Position numbers and translations under genes: made by a program. Below, one piece after another: positions 19,099-28,888 of a stretch of DNA of 64,000 bases. The stretch's first letter is position 1; each line of letters starts with the position of its first letter. The DNA is taken from positions 64,001-128,000 of IMG/VR virus record IMGVR_UViG_3300009514_000374. One strand, 5' to 3'. The notes beneath the pieces were generated by a model. That model worked only from the letters and a program-made list of their open reading frames with translations, searched no databases and was not told the origin of the DNA. The stretch is from a virus.

Positions 19099-19647
19099 AT
19101 GCTTCCGCCGTGGGTTCGACCTCCCGATGCTTCTTGGACGGAGAAGCAGGTAGCCAAGGCGATCCTTCGGCATCTCAGTCCCGATCTGCTGCACAAGGAT
19201 TGGGGGCCAGGCGGCAAGCACTACAAGCCAGGGCGGCACGAGCATTTCGGGTACTGCAACGTCGCCAGTCAAGCCTTCTACTGGCTGATGGGTGCCCGCG
19301 AGGCGGGCTACAAGGCCATGCGGGTGAAGCACGAGGGAGGCACCCATTGGTGGATCCAGTCTCCCAAAGGCAAGGTCTGGGATCTGACCAAAGAGCAATT
19401 CACGACCCCTGTGCCTTACGCCCAAGGGCGTGCGGCGGGGTTCCCCGGCCGAGGGTATTTCCCGACCCTCGCTGCCAAGAAACTGATTGAGAAGGCTCGG
19501 GCCGACCTGGAGAGACGAGGCAAAAAAGCTATGAAAGACCTACGCAAGAACCTGATCCGCCTCGCGCATTCCAAGCCCGAGCTTCGCGCTGATCTGCTTC
19601 CGTTGATCACGGCTGCCGACCCGACCAAATCAAAGATGGTGCGCTGA
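19099..19647 (+). CDS. hypothetical protein (transglutaminase-like Cys/His/Asp pattern) with a C-terminal tag A
   Basis: GYCNVASQA..THWW..WDLT; KKA-MKDLRKNLIRLAHSKPELRADLLPLITAA. Confidence 0.65.
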   Translation: MLPPWVRPPDASWTEKQVAKAILRHLSPDLLHKDWGPGGKHYKPGRHEHFGYCNVASQAFYWLMGAREAGYKAMRVKHEGGTHWWIQSPKGKVWDLTKEQFTTPVPYAQGRAAGFPGRGYFPTLAAKKLIEKARADLERRGKKAMKDLRKNLIRLAHSKPELRADLLPLITAADPTKSKMVR

Positions 19648-20342
19648 TGGAAACGAAGAAACTAGAACGCGACGAGCTACTGCGCCTGATCCCGAATGGG
19701 GCTAAGCGTGTTGCGGTCGTGGATGAATTGGGCAAGGAAAAGTGGCGCAAGGTTGACGAGGTTTTGGACACGGACCTGATCCAATTCAAGGCCGGGAAGC
19801 CTCGCACGATGAAGCGCGACCCTGGTCGCAAGAAGGATCCGACCGCCGCACCGGCCGTGAGCGAGCACGTCGAGGGGTTGATCAAGGCCAAGTACAAGGC
19901 GTTGGACGAGGACCCGCTCACGACGGTCATCGGACGTGACCCCGAGTCGATCGACGTGCTTCACGAGGTCATGCGGGGCATCGCGCAAGAGTCTGCATCG
20001 CTGGAGTTTGAGCGCAAAGAGGCCGAGCGGAAGGGCGAGGACACGCGCCAGGTTTCCGTGAGCCGTCTGCAAGCCCTCAAGGCCGTGGGCGACACCTGGA
20101 TCAAGCGCGCCGAACAGCTACAGGCCAAGGGCGTGAACCTGAGCAGTCCTGAATTCAAGTTGCTGTTCGGATTCATCGTCCGCACGTTCCGTGAGGTCAT
20201 GGTCGATGCCGGCCTTCGACGTGAGAACATTGACCGGATCTTCTCCCTGCTTTCGCAACGCCTGGAGGACGAAACGTGGGAGGACGAGGCCCGTGCTGCG
20301 ATGCGCGGCCAAGCCCGACCTGATGGGGTAGTGGAGCACTAA
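19647..20342 (+). CDS. probable terminase small subunit
   Basis: Helical protein immediately upstream of TerL (positional inference). Confidence 0.5.
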   Translation: METKKLERDELLRLIPNGAKRVAVVDELGKEKWRKVDEVLDTDLIQFKAGKPRTMKRDPGRKKDPTAAPAVSEHVEGLIKAKYKALDEDPLTTVIGRDPESIDVLHEVMRGIAQESASLEFERKEAERKGEDTRQVSVSRLQALKAVGDTWIKRAEQLQAKGVNLSSPEFKLLFGFIVRTFREVMVDAGLRRENIDRIFSLLSQRLEDETWEDEARAAMRGQARPDGVVEH

Positions 20343-20343
20343 G

Positions 20344-22380
20344 ATGGGCCTTGGGCTTGGGAACATTGTCCTCGATGAAGGGCGCGATGCTGACAGCACC
20401 GCCGAAATCGCGGACATTATCACCTTCATCGAATCGGATTGGGGACTCGGCCAAACGCTGTTCCCGGTTCAGAAGGTGATCCTCAAGGCCCACTACGGCA
20501 TCCCTTTGGACGACGTGCCCGAGGGTATGGACGAGGGGCAGCTTGAGCTACTGGAGCACCACAAGTTGCTCAAGCTCGCGCAGGTCGAGAACCCTCTCAT
20601 TGACCCTACGGCCAACGAGAAATACCTGATCCGCTACATCCTGCGGAAACACATCCACGTCACGGATTTCCGCAAGCATCCCATCCCTGACGTGGCCGAG
20701 TGGATGTCCGAAGCCGAGTACCTTCGCCATCTGTACGCGGAAGGTCGGTCGAACATCGCCGAGGTAATCGAGGGGCAGGAGCGCCGGGAGATGATCCTGA
20801 GCGTTGGCCGTCGCTCGGGTAAGACGACCATCTCAGCCTGCATCGCTGCCTACGAGACATACAAGCTGCTCTCCAAGGGCAACCCACAGCAGTTCTATGG
20901 TCTGCCGGATGGCAACACGATCCAGTTGATCTCGGTCGCTACGGACAAGGACCAGGCGGGTCTGCTCTACCGCGACGTTGCCAAGTATTTCGCGCAGTGT
21001 GAATTCTTCCGCACCTATCAAGCCAACGCCACGCAGTCCTTTGCTCGTTTCCAGACGCCCTCGGACATCGAGCGTCACGGCCGGTACGCGGACAATCCTA
21101 ACGCTTCGGCCGCCTCGATCAACGTCACCTTCCGGTCTTGTATCGCTAAGGGACTCCGTGGTGCTGGTAACATCGTGATCATTCTTGACGAGGTTGCCCA
21201 CTTTACGGACGGCGGGCAGTCCTCGGCCGACGAGGTGTACCAAGCGGTCAAGCCCTCGCTGGCTGCCTTCACTGAAAAGAACCCCTACAACAAGGCCGAG
21301 CCCATCGGACCCGTCGAAGGACGGATGATCCTGATCTCGTCGCCGCTTGGCCGTCAGGGCAAATTCTACGAGCAGTTCCAGATCGCCATGAGAGGCGGCA
21401 AGGCGTCGCAGACGATGCTCGCCATCGAGGCACCAACGTGGGAGGTCAACCCGACCATCCCGGCTGAGTTCTTTGAGTCGGAGTACGTGAAGGACACCAA
21501 CATGTTCTTTACGGAGTACGGCGGCAAGTTCTCCGACCGTACTCTCGGCTGGATCGAGGACGCCCGCGACCTGCTCAACTGCGTGGACCCCAACCTCAAG
21601 CCTCGGACCCGTGGCCTTCCCCGTGCGCCCTATTTCATCGGGCTCGACGTTGGCCTCGTGAACGACGGCACGGCGGTTGCCATCGGCCACATTGAGCAGG
21701 AGAAGATCGTTCTCGACTACATCGATCAGATCAAGGCGGGCGAGGGCGAGTACGCCAACTACGAGCGCCTGGAATTTGAGGACGTGTCAAAATGGATCCA
21801 CGACCTCTCGCGGAAATTCCTGATCGATGAAGGCATGTTCGACCAGTGGGCGGGTATTCCGTTGGAGCAGGCGTTGCTCAAGAAGGGCCTGAAACAGATC
21901 AAGGCCACGCACTTTACTCAGGTGCTCAACAGCCAGGTCTTTCGGAATTTCAAGGACATGCTGTTCGACAGCCGCCTCGTTCTGTACGACTACACGGACG
22001 AGCAACGCGAGAAGCTGCGTGACAAAGAGGGCAAGGCACCGGACCACATGCCCTACTTGACCGAGCTATTGACGCTCCAGGCTGACTACCGGAGCAAGTA
22101 CGTCGTGAACGTGTCCGCGCCGAACATCGCCGGGGCACACGACGACCTTTCCGACGCGCTTGTACGCATGGTTTGGCTCGCCAGCCAAAAGCTCTCCAAC
22201 CGGGCGTACATCGCTGGACGGGGCCGACAGACCGGGCCGAACCGGCATCGGATCTCGGCGGGCAAGCAGCGGAAACAGATCCTCGCCTCCAAGAAGGGGG
22301 GCAGCATGGAGCAGCGGCAGCTACGTCGTGTAGGCCGGCAAGGTTTCATGCCTGTTCGTGGTGGAAGGCTCAAGGGGTGA
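20344..22380 (+). CDS. terL: terminase large subunit
   Basis: Walker A GRRSGKTT, Walker B IILDE, ISSP coupling motif, RNase H-fold GLDVG and HDDLSDA. Confidence 0.93.
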   Translation: MGLGLGNIVLDEGRDADSTAEIADIITFIESDWGLGQTLFPVQKVILKAHYGIPLDDVPEGMDEGQLELLEHHKLLKLAQVENPLIDPTANEKYLIRYILRKHIHVTDFRKHPIPDVAEWMSEAEYLRHLYAEGRSNIAEVIEGQERREMILSVGRRSGKTTISACIAAYETYKLLSKGNPQQFYGLPDGNTIQLISVATDKDQAGLLYRDVAKYFAQCEFFRTYQANATQSFARFQTPSDIERHGRYADNPNASAASINVTFRSCIAKGLRGAGNIVIILDEVAHFTDGGQSSADEVYQAVKPSLAAFTEKNPYNKAEPIGPVEGRMILISSPLGRQGKFYEQFQIAMRGGKASQTMLAIEAPTWEVNPTIPAEFFESEYVKDTNMFFTEYGGKFSDRTLGWIEDARDLLNCVDPNLKPRTRGLPRAPYFIGLDVGLVNDGTAVAIGHIEQEKIVLDYIDQIKAGEGEYANYERLEFEDVSKWIHDLSRKFLIDEGMFDQWAGIPLEQALLKKGLKQIKATHFTQVLNSQVFRNFKDMLFDSRLVLYDYTDEQREKLRDKEGKAPDHMPYLTELLTLQADYRSKYVVNVSAPNIAGAHDDLSDALVRMVWLASQKLSNRAYIAGRGRQTGPNRHRISAGKQRKQILASKKGGSMEQRQLRRVGRQGFMPVRGGRLKG

Positions 22381-22381
22381 G

Positions 22382-22630
22382 ATGTCGAAAAGCATCCAAC
22401 CCGATGATCCAGTCCGGGCGGACTACCGAATGATCAAGACCTTGCTGGACGGCAAGAAGGTCCAGCATCTCCCCCACGAGTACGACCATGTTCTCAAGGT
22501 CTTTGGTCGGATGGGTGGTTCGTGGGAGGCAGTGTTTCGGGGGTCCGTTGCCCAGACCGCTCTCCTGAAACGAATCCTCAAGGTAGGGATCAAGAAGGGC
22601 TACATCTCCAAGGCTCCCAAGTGGGGGTAG
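22382..22630 (+). CDS. hypothetical protein
   Basis: ORF between TerL and portal. Confidence 0.6.
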   Translation: MSKSIQPDDPVRADYRMIKTLLDGKKVQHLPHEYDHVLKVFGRMGGSWEAVFRGSVAQTALLKRILKVGIKKGYISKAPKWG

Positions 22631-22642
22631 AGTGCAGGGCCG

Positions 22643-22987
22643 ATGCCGAAAGGACCGCAGACCGAGGAACGTGCTGAGCGTCAGGCGAGGGACCAGGAGA
22701 TCCGTCTTGCCGCGCAGGCACGGGAAAACATCGAGATGCACAAAGCGGCTGACGCGCATCTCGACGTGGCTGCGGCGGCGCTACGCAACGCCCTAAGATC
22801 GCTCCAGAACGTCCGTGTGGCGCGTCGTACTGCGGAAGGCCAGGTGCTCAAACGCAAGCTCAGGGCCGTTGAGCAGGCTGCTGCGGCTCTCAAGCCCATC
22901 GGAAGGGATGCTGGCCGGGTTCGGGCGACCGGGCCGGACTATTCCGACCCCGATTTGTCTATGGGAGGGCCAGGGGTGAATGGCTAA
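22643..22987 (+). CDS. hypothetical basic helical protein
   Basis: ORF overlapping the portal start. Confidence 0.6.
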   Translation: MPKGPQTEERAERQARDQEIRLAAQARENIEMHKAADAHLDVAAAALRNALRSLQNVRVARRTAEGQVLKRKLRAVEQAAAALKPIGRDAGRVRATGPDYSDPDLSMGGPGVNG

Positions 22988-24980
22988 GAAACGCCAAAAG
23001 CGGCGTCGAAAGACCGCTCCACGGCGCTATATCGCCGGATCGGGGGACATCCCCAAGAACGAGGACGCCCAAACGGTTGCCAGCGTGCCGGACAAGCATA
23101 AGCGGCCTCAGTTGTCGGTTGGCAAGCCGCAGCCGATCGTCCTTGGGTCGATGCGATCCAAGGTGGCGAATATCGGCGCAGGCGGATCGGGTTTCGGGGG
23201 CGGTGGGATCGGAGGACCCGGATCGGGTAACACGGGTGCTTTCGGATCCGGGCTTGGTTCGGTTGGCGGCTCGGCGATCGGAAGCGGCGGGAATTTCTAC
23301 TCGCCCGAGCTTTCGACCGATTTCCTTGAGCTACCGCAGAGCCTAGACGAGCAGCGTAACTACTTTCGGTTTTTCTACCGCGCTGACCCGTTCGTCGGGC
23401 AGGCGATGGACATTCACCGCGAGCTTCCGCTGTCGAAGATCCGGCTTGGTCGCCCCGAGGCCAAGGACAAGGATCTTGCTCAGCAGTCGCTCGATTTCTG
23501 CAAGCGGTGGACGAAGATCGTTGGGCTGCTCCAACGGCTGTCGGAAGGGCTGCACGAGTACAACGTCATTGGCGAAACGCACTGGTTCATCGAGGACGAC
23601 AACCCCGATATGCCGGAGGACGTTCGATACGAGATCAAGAACATTCTCCACGAGGATGGCAACTTGGAGGAGACCAAGGAGCTTTGGCCGGACGCGGACG
23701 AGCGCGCCTCCGCGTGGATGAAAAAGAACTACAAGGGGTGGACGCAGGTTCGCATCCTTCCGCCTGAGCAGATTCACATGGACTCGTTCCCGATGTCGGA
23801 CGAGATCCTGGTATCGCTCATTCCCGACTCCAAGACTAAGAGTGTGATCGAGCAGGCCGACCAGGGTGACCAGCGTGCGGTCAAGGTCATGGAGTCGATG
23901 CCGCCTGACATCGTGATGGCGGTGCGGCACGGCGAGAACGTCCCGCTCAATACGGACCCAGACGCAGGGTCGTTCTACTACTACATGGCGAACAAGGTGA
24001 GCCAGTACGAGCCGCGAGGGCACTCTCGGCTTGAACGGTGTATCCGTACCCTCGTCTACAAGGACAAGCTGCGCCAGGCGCAGACCTCCATCTCGTCGCG
24101 GCACATGACGCCTATCCGGCTCGTGTACGCCGAGAACATGAACGAAGCGGACACCGAGGCGCTGCGTGATCAGATCGACCTCGCGCTCCAAGACCCCGAC
24201 TACTCGATCGTCACCAACTTTCAGGTGACGTGGGAGGAAATGACGCCGCAAGGGCGTCTGCTGGAGCTTTCGTCCGAGTACGACCTGATCAACCGGGAGC
24301 TTTATGCGGGTCTTGGAGTGACAGAGAGCCTGCTCTCAGGTGAGTCGAGCTACAGCGGCGATCGGATCAACCTGGAGGTGATCAACGTCCGCTACATGCT
24401 CGTCCGTGAGTTCCTACAGGATTTCGTGGAGAAGAACCTGTTTGAGCCGATGTGTCGGCGCATGGGGTTCATCGAGACGGACGATTGGGGCAACGATGTC
24501 GTCGTTTGCCCGAAGCTCTCGTTCACGAGGCTGGCCCTCCGCGACAACCAGGACGTGTACGACGCCCTGTTCAACCTCTACCAGAAGGGCTCGTTGCCGA
24601 TTAGCGTGATCTACGACCTGCTCAACGTGGATGGGGAGGGTGCGACCGAGGAATTGCAACGCGATTTCGCCACGTTCAAGGACCCCACCTACAACGAGGT
24701 ACTGCGTGGCCTGTACTCGCAGGCGGGGACCAAGCTCGGCGACCAGTCGAATTTCGTGGAGAAGCAGGCCGAATACCTCGGACTGGACTACAAAGAGGAA
24801 GCCGAGGGGATGCAGCGGTTCGGATCGCAACAGGCGCCCTCGCAGCCCCAAGGTCAGCCCGCCGGGATGGACGTGTTGGCTTCTCTCGTGGCTGAGCGGA
24901 TCGCCGGCCAGGTCGCCGATTTGGTCGCCGACAAGATCGTGGAAAAGCTACAAAAGCGGTCTCCTGAGAGCACCGAGTAG
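22980..24980 (+). CDS. portal protein
   Basis: Follows TerL; FFYRADPFVGQAMD.H, YNVIGE, RGHSRLER, GLGV.ESLLSG portal-like pattern. Confidence 0.85.
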   Translation: MAKKRQKRRRKTAPRRYIAGSGDIPKNEDAQTVASVPDKHKRPQLSVGKPQPIVLGSMRSKVANIGAGGSGFGGGGIGGPGSGNTGAFGSGLGSVGGSAIGSGGNFYSPELSTDFLELPQSLDEQRNYFRFFYRADPFVGQAMDIHRELPLSKIRLGRPEAKDKDLAQQSLDFCKRWTKIVGLLQRLSEGLHEYNVIGETHWFIEDDNPDMPEDVRYEIKNILHEDGNLEETKELWPDADERASAWMKKNYKGWTQVRILPPEQIHMDSFPMSDEILVSLIPDSKTKSVIEQADQGDQRAVKVMESMPPDIVMAVRHGENVPLNTDPDAGSFYYYMANKVSQYEPRGHSRLERCIRTLVYKDKLRQAQTSISSRHMTPIRLVYAENMNEADTEALRDQIDLALQDPDYSIVTNFQVTWEEMTPQGRLLELSSEYDLINRELYAGLGVTESLLSGESSYSGDRINLEVINVRYMLVREFLQDFVEKNLFEPMCRRMGFIETDDWGNDVVVCPKLSFTRLALRDNQDVYDALFNLYQKGSLPISVIYDLLNVDGEGATEELQRDFATFKDPTYNEVLRGLYSQAGTKLGDQSNFVEKQAEYLGLDYKEEAEGMQRFGSQQAPSQPQGQPAGMDVLASLVAERIAGQVADLVADKIVEKLQKRSPESTE

Positions 24981-24996
24981 TCCCTTCGTAATCCGC

Positions 24997-25022
24997 TATT
25001 CGGGCTATGGGCGTGCCTCTAG
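24997..25022 (+). promoter_or_regulatory. late-type promoter motif
   Basis: TAT TCGGG CTAT GGGCGTGCCTC TAG; implies a start at ATG 25031. Confidence 0.5.
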
Positions 25023-25030
25023 CGAAGGCT

Positions 25031-28000
25031 ATGGCCCACAAGCCCACAAAGGCGCGGACAGCGTACACCGTCGAACCCACTGAGGGTGGCGTTGTGATCT
25101 GGCCCGAGAATCGGATCGAGCAGGCGTTTATCGACACGTTTGCCGCTCGGGTTGCGGGTCAGAGGCTTGGCGTGGCGAAGGGTCACAATATCGACCTGTC
25201 CGAAGATCCAATTCACCCGGACGAGGACGACGAGGACGAGTGGAAGGTGGACGAGGAACCGATGTCCATGGGGCATTCGGAGCTTCCCGGCGCCGAGGGC
25301 CGGACGGCGCGGGACTGGACCGCGCCAGGCAGAATCCTCGGCTTTAAGATCCGGTACGACGCCGAAAATGTAATGAGCCACCATCCCATCGTGATGGCCT
25401 TCGACGGGGAGACGGAGATTGGTTTCGTTGAGTTGGTCATGCTCGATGACCCTCCCTCTCATTGCGAGGACGAGTGGACTGAGGTTAGGGACGAGTTGGA
25501 ACGACGGGGTGCCCTTGGTGTCTACACCTACGCGGTAGTGGAGTCCTGGCTGGCGGACGAGTATCACCACAACCGTATCGGGGTGGGGATGTACGAGGCG
25601 GCGATGGCTGCTCTGTCAGACCCCCAGGAGCCAGTCATCCTGGTTGCGAGTCGGTGCAGAGGCGGCCCTACGAGCCATCAAGCGAGTCGTGTGTGGGAGT
25701 CCATGGCGCGTCGCTACGTGTCCTCGGGACAGGTTGTTTCGTCCGTTCCCAAGGCCAAAGCTCGGGTGGCGAATGTGGCTCGCCGCTTCATGGCGAAGGC
25801 GACGGGCACCCGTGCCGGCGACGGCTCCAGCGTGGGGTTGTTCATCCGCCTGCCGAAGCACCTGGCGACGCAATTCCCTGGCCTCGGAGAGAACGACTCG
25901 TCTCCAAGCCACGTCACGTTTCTCTACATCGGGGATTTCAAGGACAAGGACGAGCAGGCCCGGTTGGTCGTCACTCTGCGCGACATCCTTCGACGCTGGT
26001 GGCCCAAGTGTAAGGCAAGCCTCGGTGACCTGGAGTATTTCGACCACCCCGACAAGAACCGCCGCGTCCCGCATGTGTCCGTCGATTTCGACAAGGATCT
26101 GTCGGGGTTCAAGCAGCGGGTCATGCAGGAGCTTCGGGACGAGGGCTTTGAGGTCGGTGACAAGTTCCCCGAGTTCAAGCCACACGTCACGCTCGCGTAC
26201 ATGCCAGGCATGGACGGGGAGTGGGACAAGCCCGTGCCAGAAGGCTCGTGGGATGTCACTGAGATGGAGATATGGGGGATGCCCCGCGTACACACGATTC
26301 CAATTGGCAAAGCGTCGAGTCAACGAGTGGCTTCTTTGTGGCTTGAGGGGAGCACCCACGCGAAATCGGTTGCTTTGATGCGGTTCCTGTCCCGATTGGC
26401 TCAGCGTCTCGGGGTTGCCCGTCACACCTACGTCGTTGGCGGGGCCATTCGGAATTTCCTGATCGAGCAACCGATCAAGGACATCGACGTAGTGATCGAC
26501 TCGGTTGCTGCGGGCAAGGATTCCGAGTGGTTTGCCGAGCAGGTTGCGCGTGCCATTCCGGCGCCAACAAACCTGACGACGAACCAGTACGGCGTTGCCA
26601 TCCTGACCGTGAAGGGGGATTGGGATCTGGACGGCGAAAGCCTCAAGGGCGAGGTGATCGAAATCGCCAACGCTCGCAAGGAGAGCTACGGCGGTGCGGA
26701 GGGTAAGGGCTACAAACCACACATGGTTGAGCCGACAACCATTGACGAGGATGTCTACCGGCGCGAATTCACGTTCAACTGCATGGGAGGGGATACTCTG
26801 ATTCCCACCAAGCGGGGTATCCTTCGCATTGATGAGATCGCGTCTCGTGAGAACGGGGACCGGCAAGATATTCATTTGACAGTGGCGGGACAGGACGGTC
26901 CTTCGGAGGCTGTGGGATGGCAGTACAGCGGGTACGCGCCGACTCTGCGGGTGACCTCCGAGTGGGGACACACCTTCACCTGCACCCACCACCACCCCGT
27001 TCTGGTTCTGCGGGGGCATGACCATGAGTGGGTTCAGGCAGATCAGCTTGCAGAGGGCGACCTGCTTTGCGTGCCCGTGCGGCAGGTGTCGAGGCGAGAC
27101 CCTCTCGCTTTGGATTTGCCTGACCCGGTGCAGCCCAAGAGGGGCAGGCTCAAGGGTGCTCGGAAGCCTGAGATAATGACGCCGGAGTTGGCGTTTTTGA
27201 TCGGGTGTGTGGTGGCAGAGGGTTCCAACACCCACAAGCGGGTGTCTTTCAGTAACTCCGACCCCAATCTCATTTCCCGCTACGCCGAGTGCTTCCACGC
27301 CACTTTTGGATTTCTCCCCTCCCGTAATAAGGTGGTGAGCAAAGGCTCTGTCCGTGTCCTACGGGGGGTGGAATTTGTCGCCAACCATGACGGCTACGAC
27401 ATTTACGCCGACAGTAAAGCAGTGGTGGGCTGGTTGGAAGACCTCGGCTTGTACTGCGGAGGCTCCAAGGACGGGAAATCCGCTTCCCATCACAAGGTTG
27501 TTCCGTGGTCGATCCTACAAGCGGACGCGCGTAGCCAGTGGGCGTTTCTTGCGGCTTATCTTGAAGGGGACGGATCTATCCGGCCGGATACCGGGCGCAT
27601 CACATACTGTTCGGCCTCCCCGAAAGTGCGTCAACAGTTGCAGGTGCTCCTGGGAGCGCACGGCATCTTGAGCAAGGTGAAGGATAGGTTTGTCTACCTT
27701 AGCGCCGTGGATTCGGCTCTCTTGTGGGAGAAGGTTCGCCCGTGGATGGTTACCAAGGGGTTCGACTACACGCGAGACAGCAAGTCCCGTAACCGTTACG
27801 GAATTCCCGCAGATCACATCCGGGGGTTTCTTGCGGGCCGTAAACAAGCTCGTTCCGTGTACGCCACGGACGAGGGCGGGCTCCGGTCCCTTCCAGACGC
27901 TCACGAGCCTGTCCGTAAGGTTCAGCGGCTTCTACACGACGCCTACGCTCGGGGAGATTTCGACGGGCTCCTGTCGAGTCTCAAGATCATTAGCGGAGAC

Positions 28001-28888
28001 GAACACGCCAAGCTACAGCGGTTGTTTGACCTGGGCTACCAGTATGTCGAGGTTGCGTCAGTTGAAGATGCTGGAGATCAGGACGTATTCGACATTTCGA
28101 TGGGTGAGGGGGTAGAGCCCGCTTTTGTGGCGAACGGTGTGGTGGTTCACAACACGCTCATGTGGCGGTTGCTGGACCTGACCCACGGACCCGAGAAGGC
28201 CGAGGTAATCGACCTGACCGGCTGTGGTCGCCGGGATCTGGAGCAGGGCGTTCTCAAATGCCCGCGTGACCCCGACATCGTGTTCGCGGACGACGCGACT
28301 CGTATCCTTCGGGCGATCAAATTCACCGGCAAGTACGGATTCAAGATCCCGCCTGACCTGGCCGCCGCGATCAAGCGCAACGCTCCGAAGATGAAGCAGA
28401 TGCCCTACGAGGCGTTGAAAGACATCCTCGTGGATAACATCTTGCCCGAGCCGACCGCTCGCAAATCGCTCCAGCAGATGAAGGATCTCGGCATCCTCGA
28501 TGTGCTGCACGACATGATTCAGGAGCAGAAGCCGTTTGCTTCGGCCATCGCCAAGGTGCTCGGTCGGGAGCGTCGGGTTCAGGTTCTACTCGACTGGCTG
28601 CATCTTGGCCTGCCCGCCAAGACCCCGCTGCATTTCCTTGGGGCGCATGAGCGAGTCCGAGTCCGCGAGATCACGGTTCCGATGGACGAGGACAAGGCGA
28701 CTGATTGGATGCACCGGCTGATCAAGCCTCCGGTCAACAATAACGAGGTCATCGAAGCTCACTCGCTCGTTGGGCGGGACCGCGCGATGATCATGCCGCT
28801 TGCTCGCAAGCTGATTCTCGTAGACCCCGACCTCGCCTACGACGGCCGCGCCCTGACGCGCGAGGTGATTGAAAGGTGGGTGCGGTGA
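25031..28888 (+). CDS. multidomain protein: GNAT-like, 2H phosphoesterase and intein-containing class II tRNA nucleotidyltransferase (CCA/PAP family)
   Basis: EYHHNRIGVGMY..ASRVW; HVTF and HVTL; VVGGAIRN..KDIDVV, RREFTFN, DLTG.GRRDL, DDATRILRAIKF. Confidence 0.85.
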   Translation: MAHKPTKARTAYTVEPTEGGVVIWPENRIEQAFIDTFAARVAGQRLGVAKGHNIDLSEDPIHPDEDDEDEWKVDEEPMSMGHSELPGAEGRTARDWTAPGRILGFKIRYDAENVMSHHPIVMAFDGETEIGFVELVMLDDPPSHCEDEWTEVRDELERRGALGVYTYAVVESWLADEYHHNRIGVGMYEAAMAALSDPQEPVILVASRCRGGPTSHQASRVWESMARRYVSSGQVVSSVPKAKARVANVARRFMAKATGTRAGDGSSVGLFIRLPKHLATQFPGLGENDSSPSHVTFLYIGDFKDKDEQARLVVTLRDILRRWWPKCKASLGDLEYFDHPDKNRRVPHVSVDFDKDLSGFKQRVMQELRDEGFEVGDKFPEFKPHVTLAYMPGMDGEWDKPVPEGSWDVTEMEIWGMPRVHTIPIGKASSQRVASLWLEGSTHAKSVALMRFLSRLAQRLGVARHTYVVGGAIRNFLIEQPIKDIDVVIDSVAAGKDSEWFAEQVARAIPAPTNLTTNQYGVAILTVKGDWDLDGESLKGEVIEIANARKESYGGAEGKGYKPHMVEPTTIDEDVYRREFTFNCMGGDTLIPTKRGILRIDEIASRENGDRQDIHLTVAGQDGPSEAVGWQYSGYAPTLRVTSEWGHTFTCTHHHPVLVLRGHDHEWVQADQLAEGDLLCVPVRQVSRRDPLALDLPDPVQPKRGRLKGARKPEIMTPELAFLIGCVVAEGSNTHKRVSFSNSDPNLISRYAECFHATFGFLPSRNKVVSKGSVRVLRGVEFVANHDGYDIYADSKAVVGWLEDLGLYCGGSKDGKSASHHKVVPWSILQADARSQWAFLAAYLEGDGSIRPDTGRITYCSASPKVRQQLQVLLGAHGILSKVKDRFVYLSAVDSALLWEKVRPWMVTKGFDYTRDSKSRNRYGIPADHIRGFLAGRKQARSVYATDEGGLRSLPDAHEPVRKVQRLLHDAYARGDFDGLLSSLKIISGDEHAKLQRLFDLGYQYVEVASVEDAGDQDVFDISMGEGVEPAFVANGVVVHNTLMWRLLDLTHGPEKAEVIDLTGCGRRDLEQGVLKCPRDPDIVFADDATRILRAIKFTGKYGFKIPPDLAAAIKRNAPKMKQMPYEALKDILVDNILPEPTARKSLQQMKDLGILDVLHDMIQEQKPFASAIAKVLGRERRVQVLLDWLHLGLPAKTPLHFLGAHERVRVREITVPMDEDKATDWMHRLIKPPVNNNEVIEAHSLVGRDRAMIMPLARKLILVDPDLAYDGRALTREVIERWVR
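26780..28153 (+). mobile_element. intein with LAGLIDADG homing endonuclease (458 aa)
   Basis: N-terminal C(MGGDT), block B TCTHHHPV, LIGCVVAEGS and FLAAYLEGDG, block F VFDI, terminal VVHN followed by T. Confidence 0.95.
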
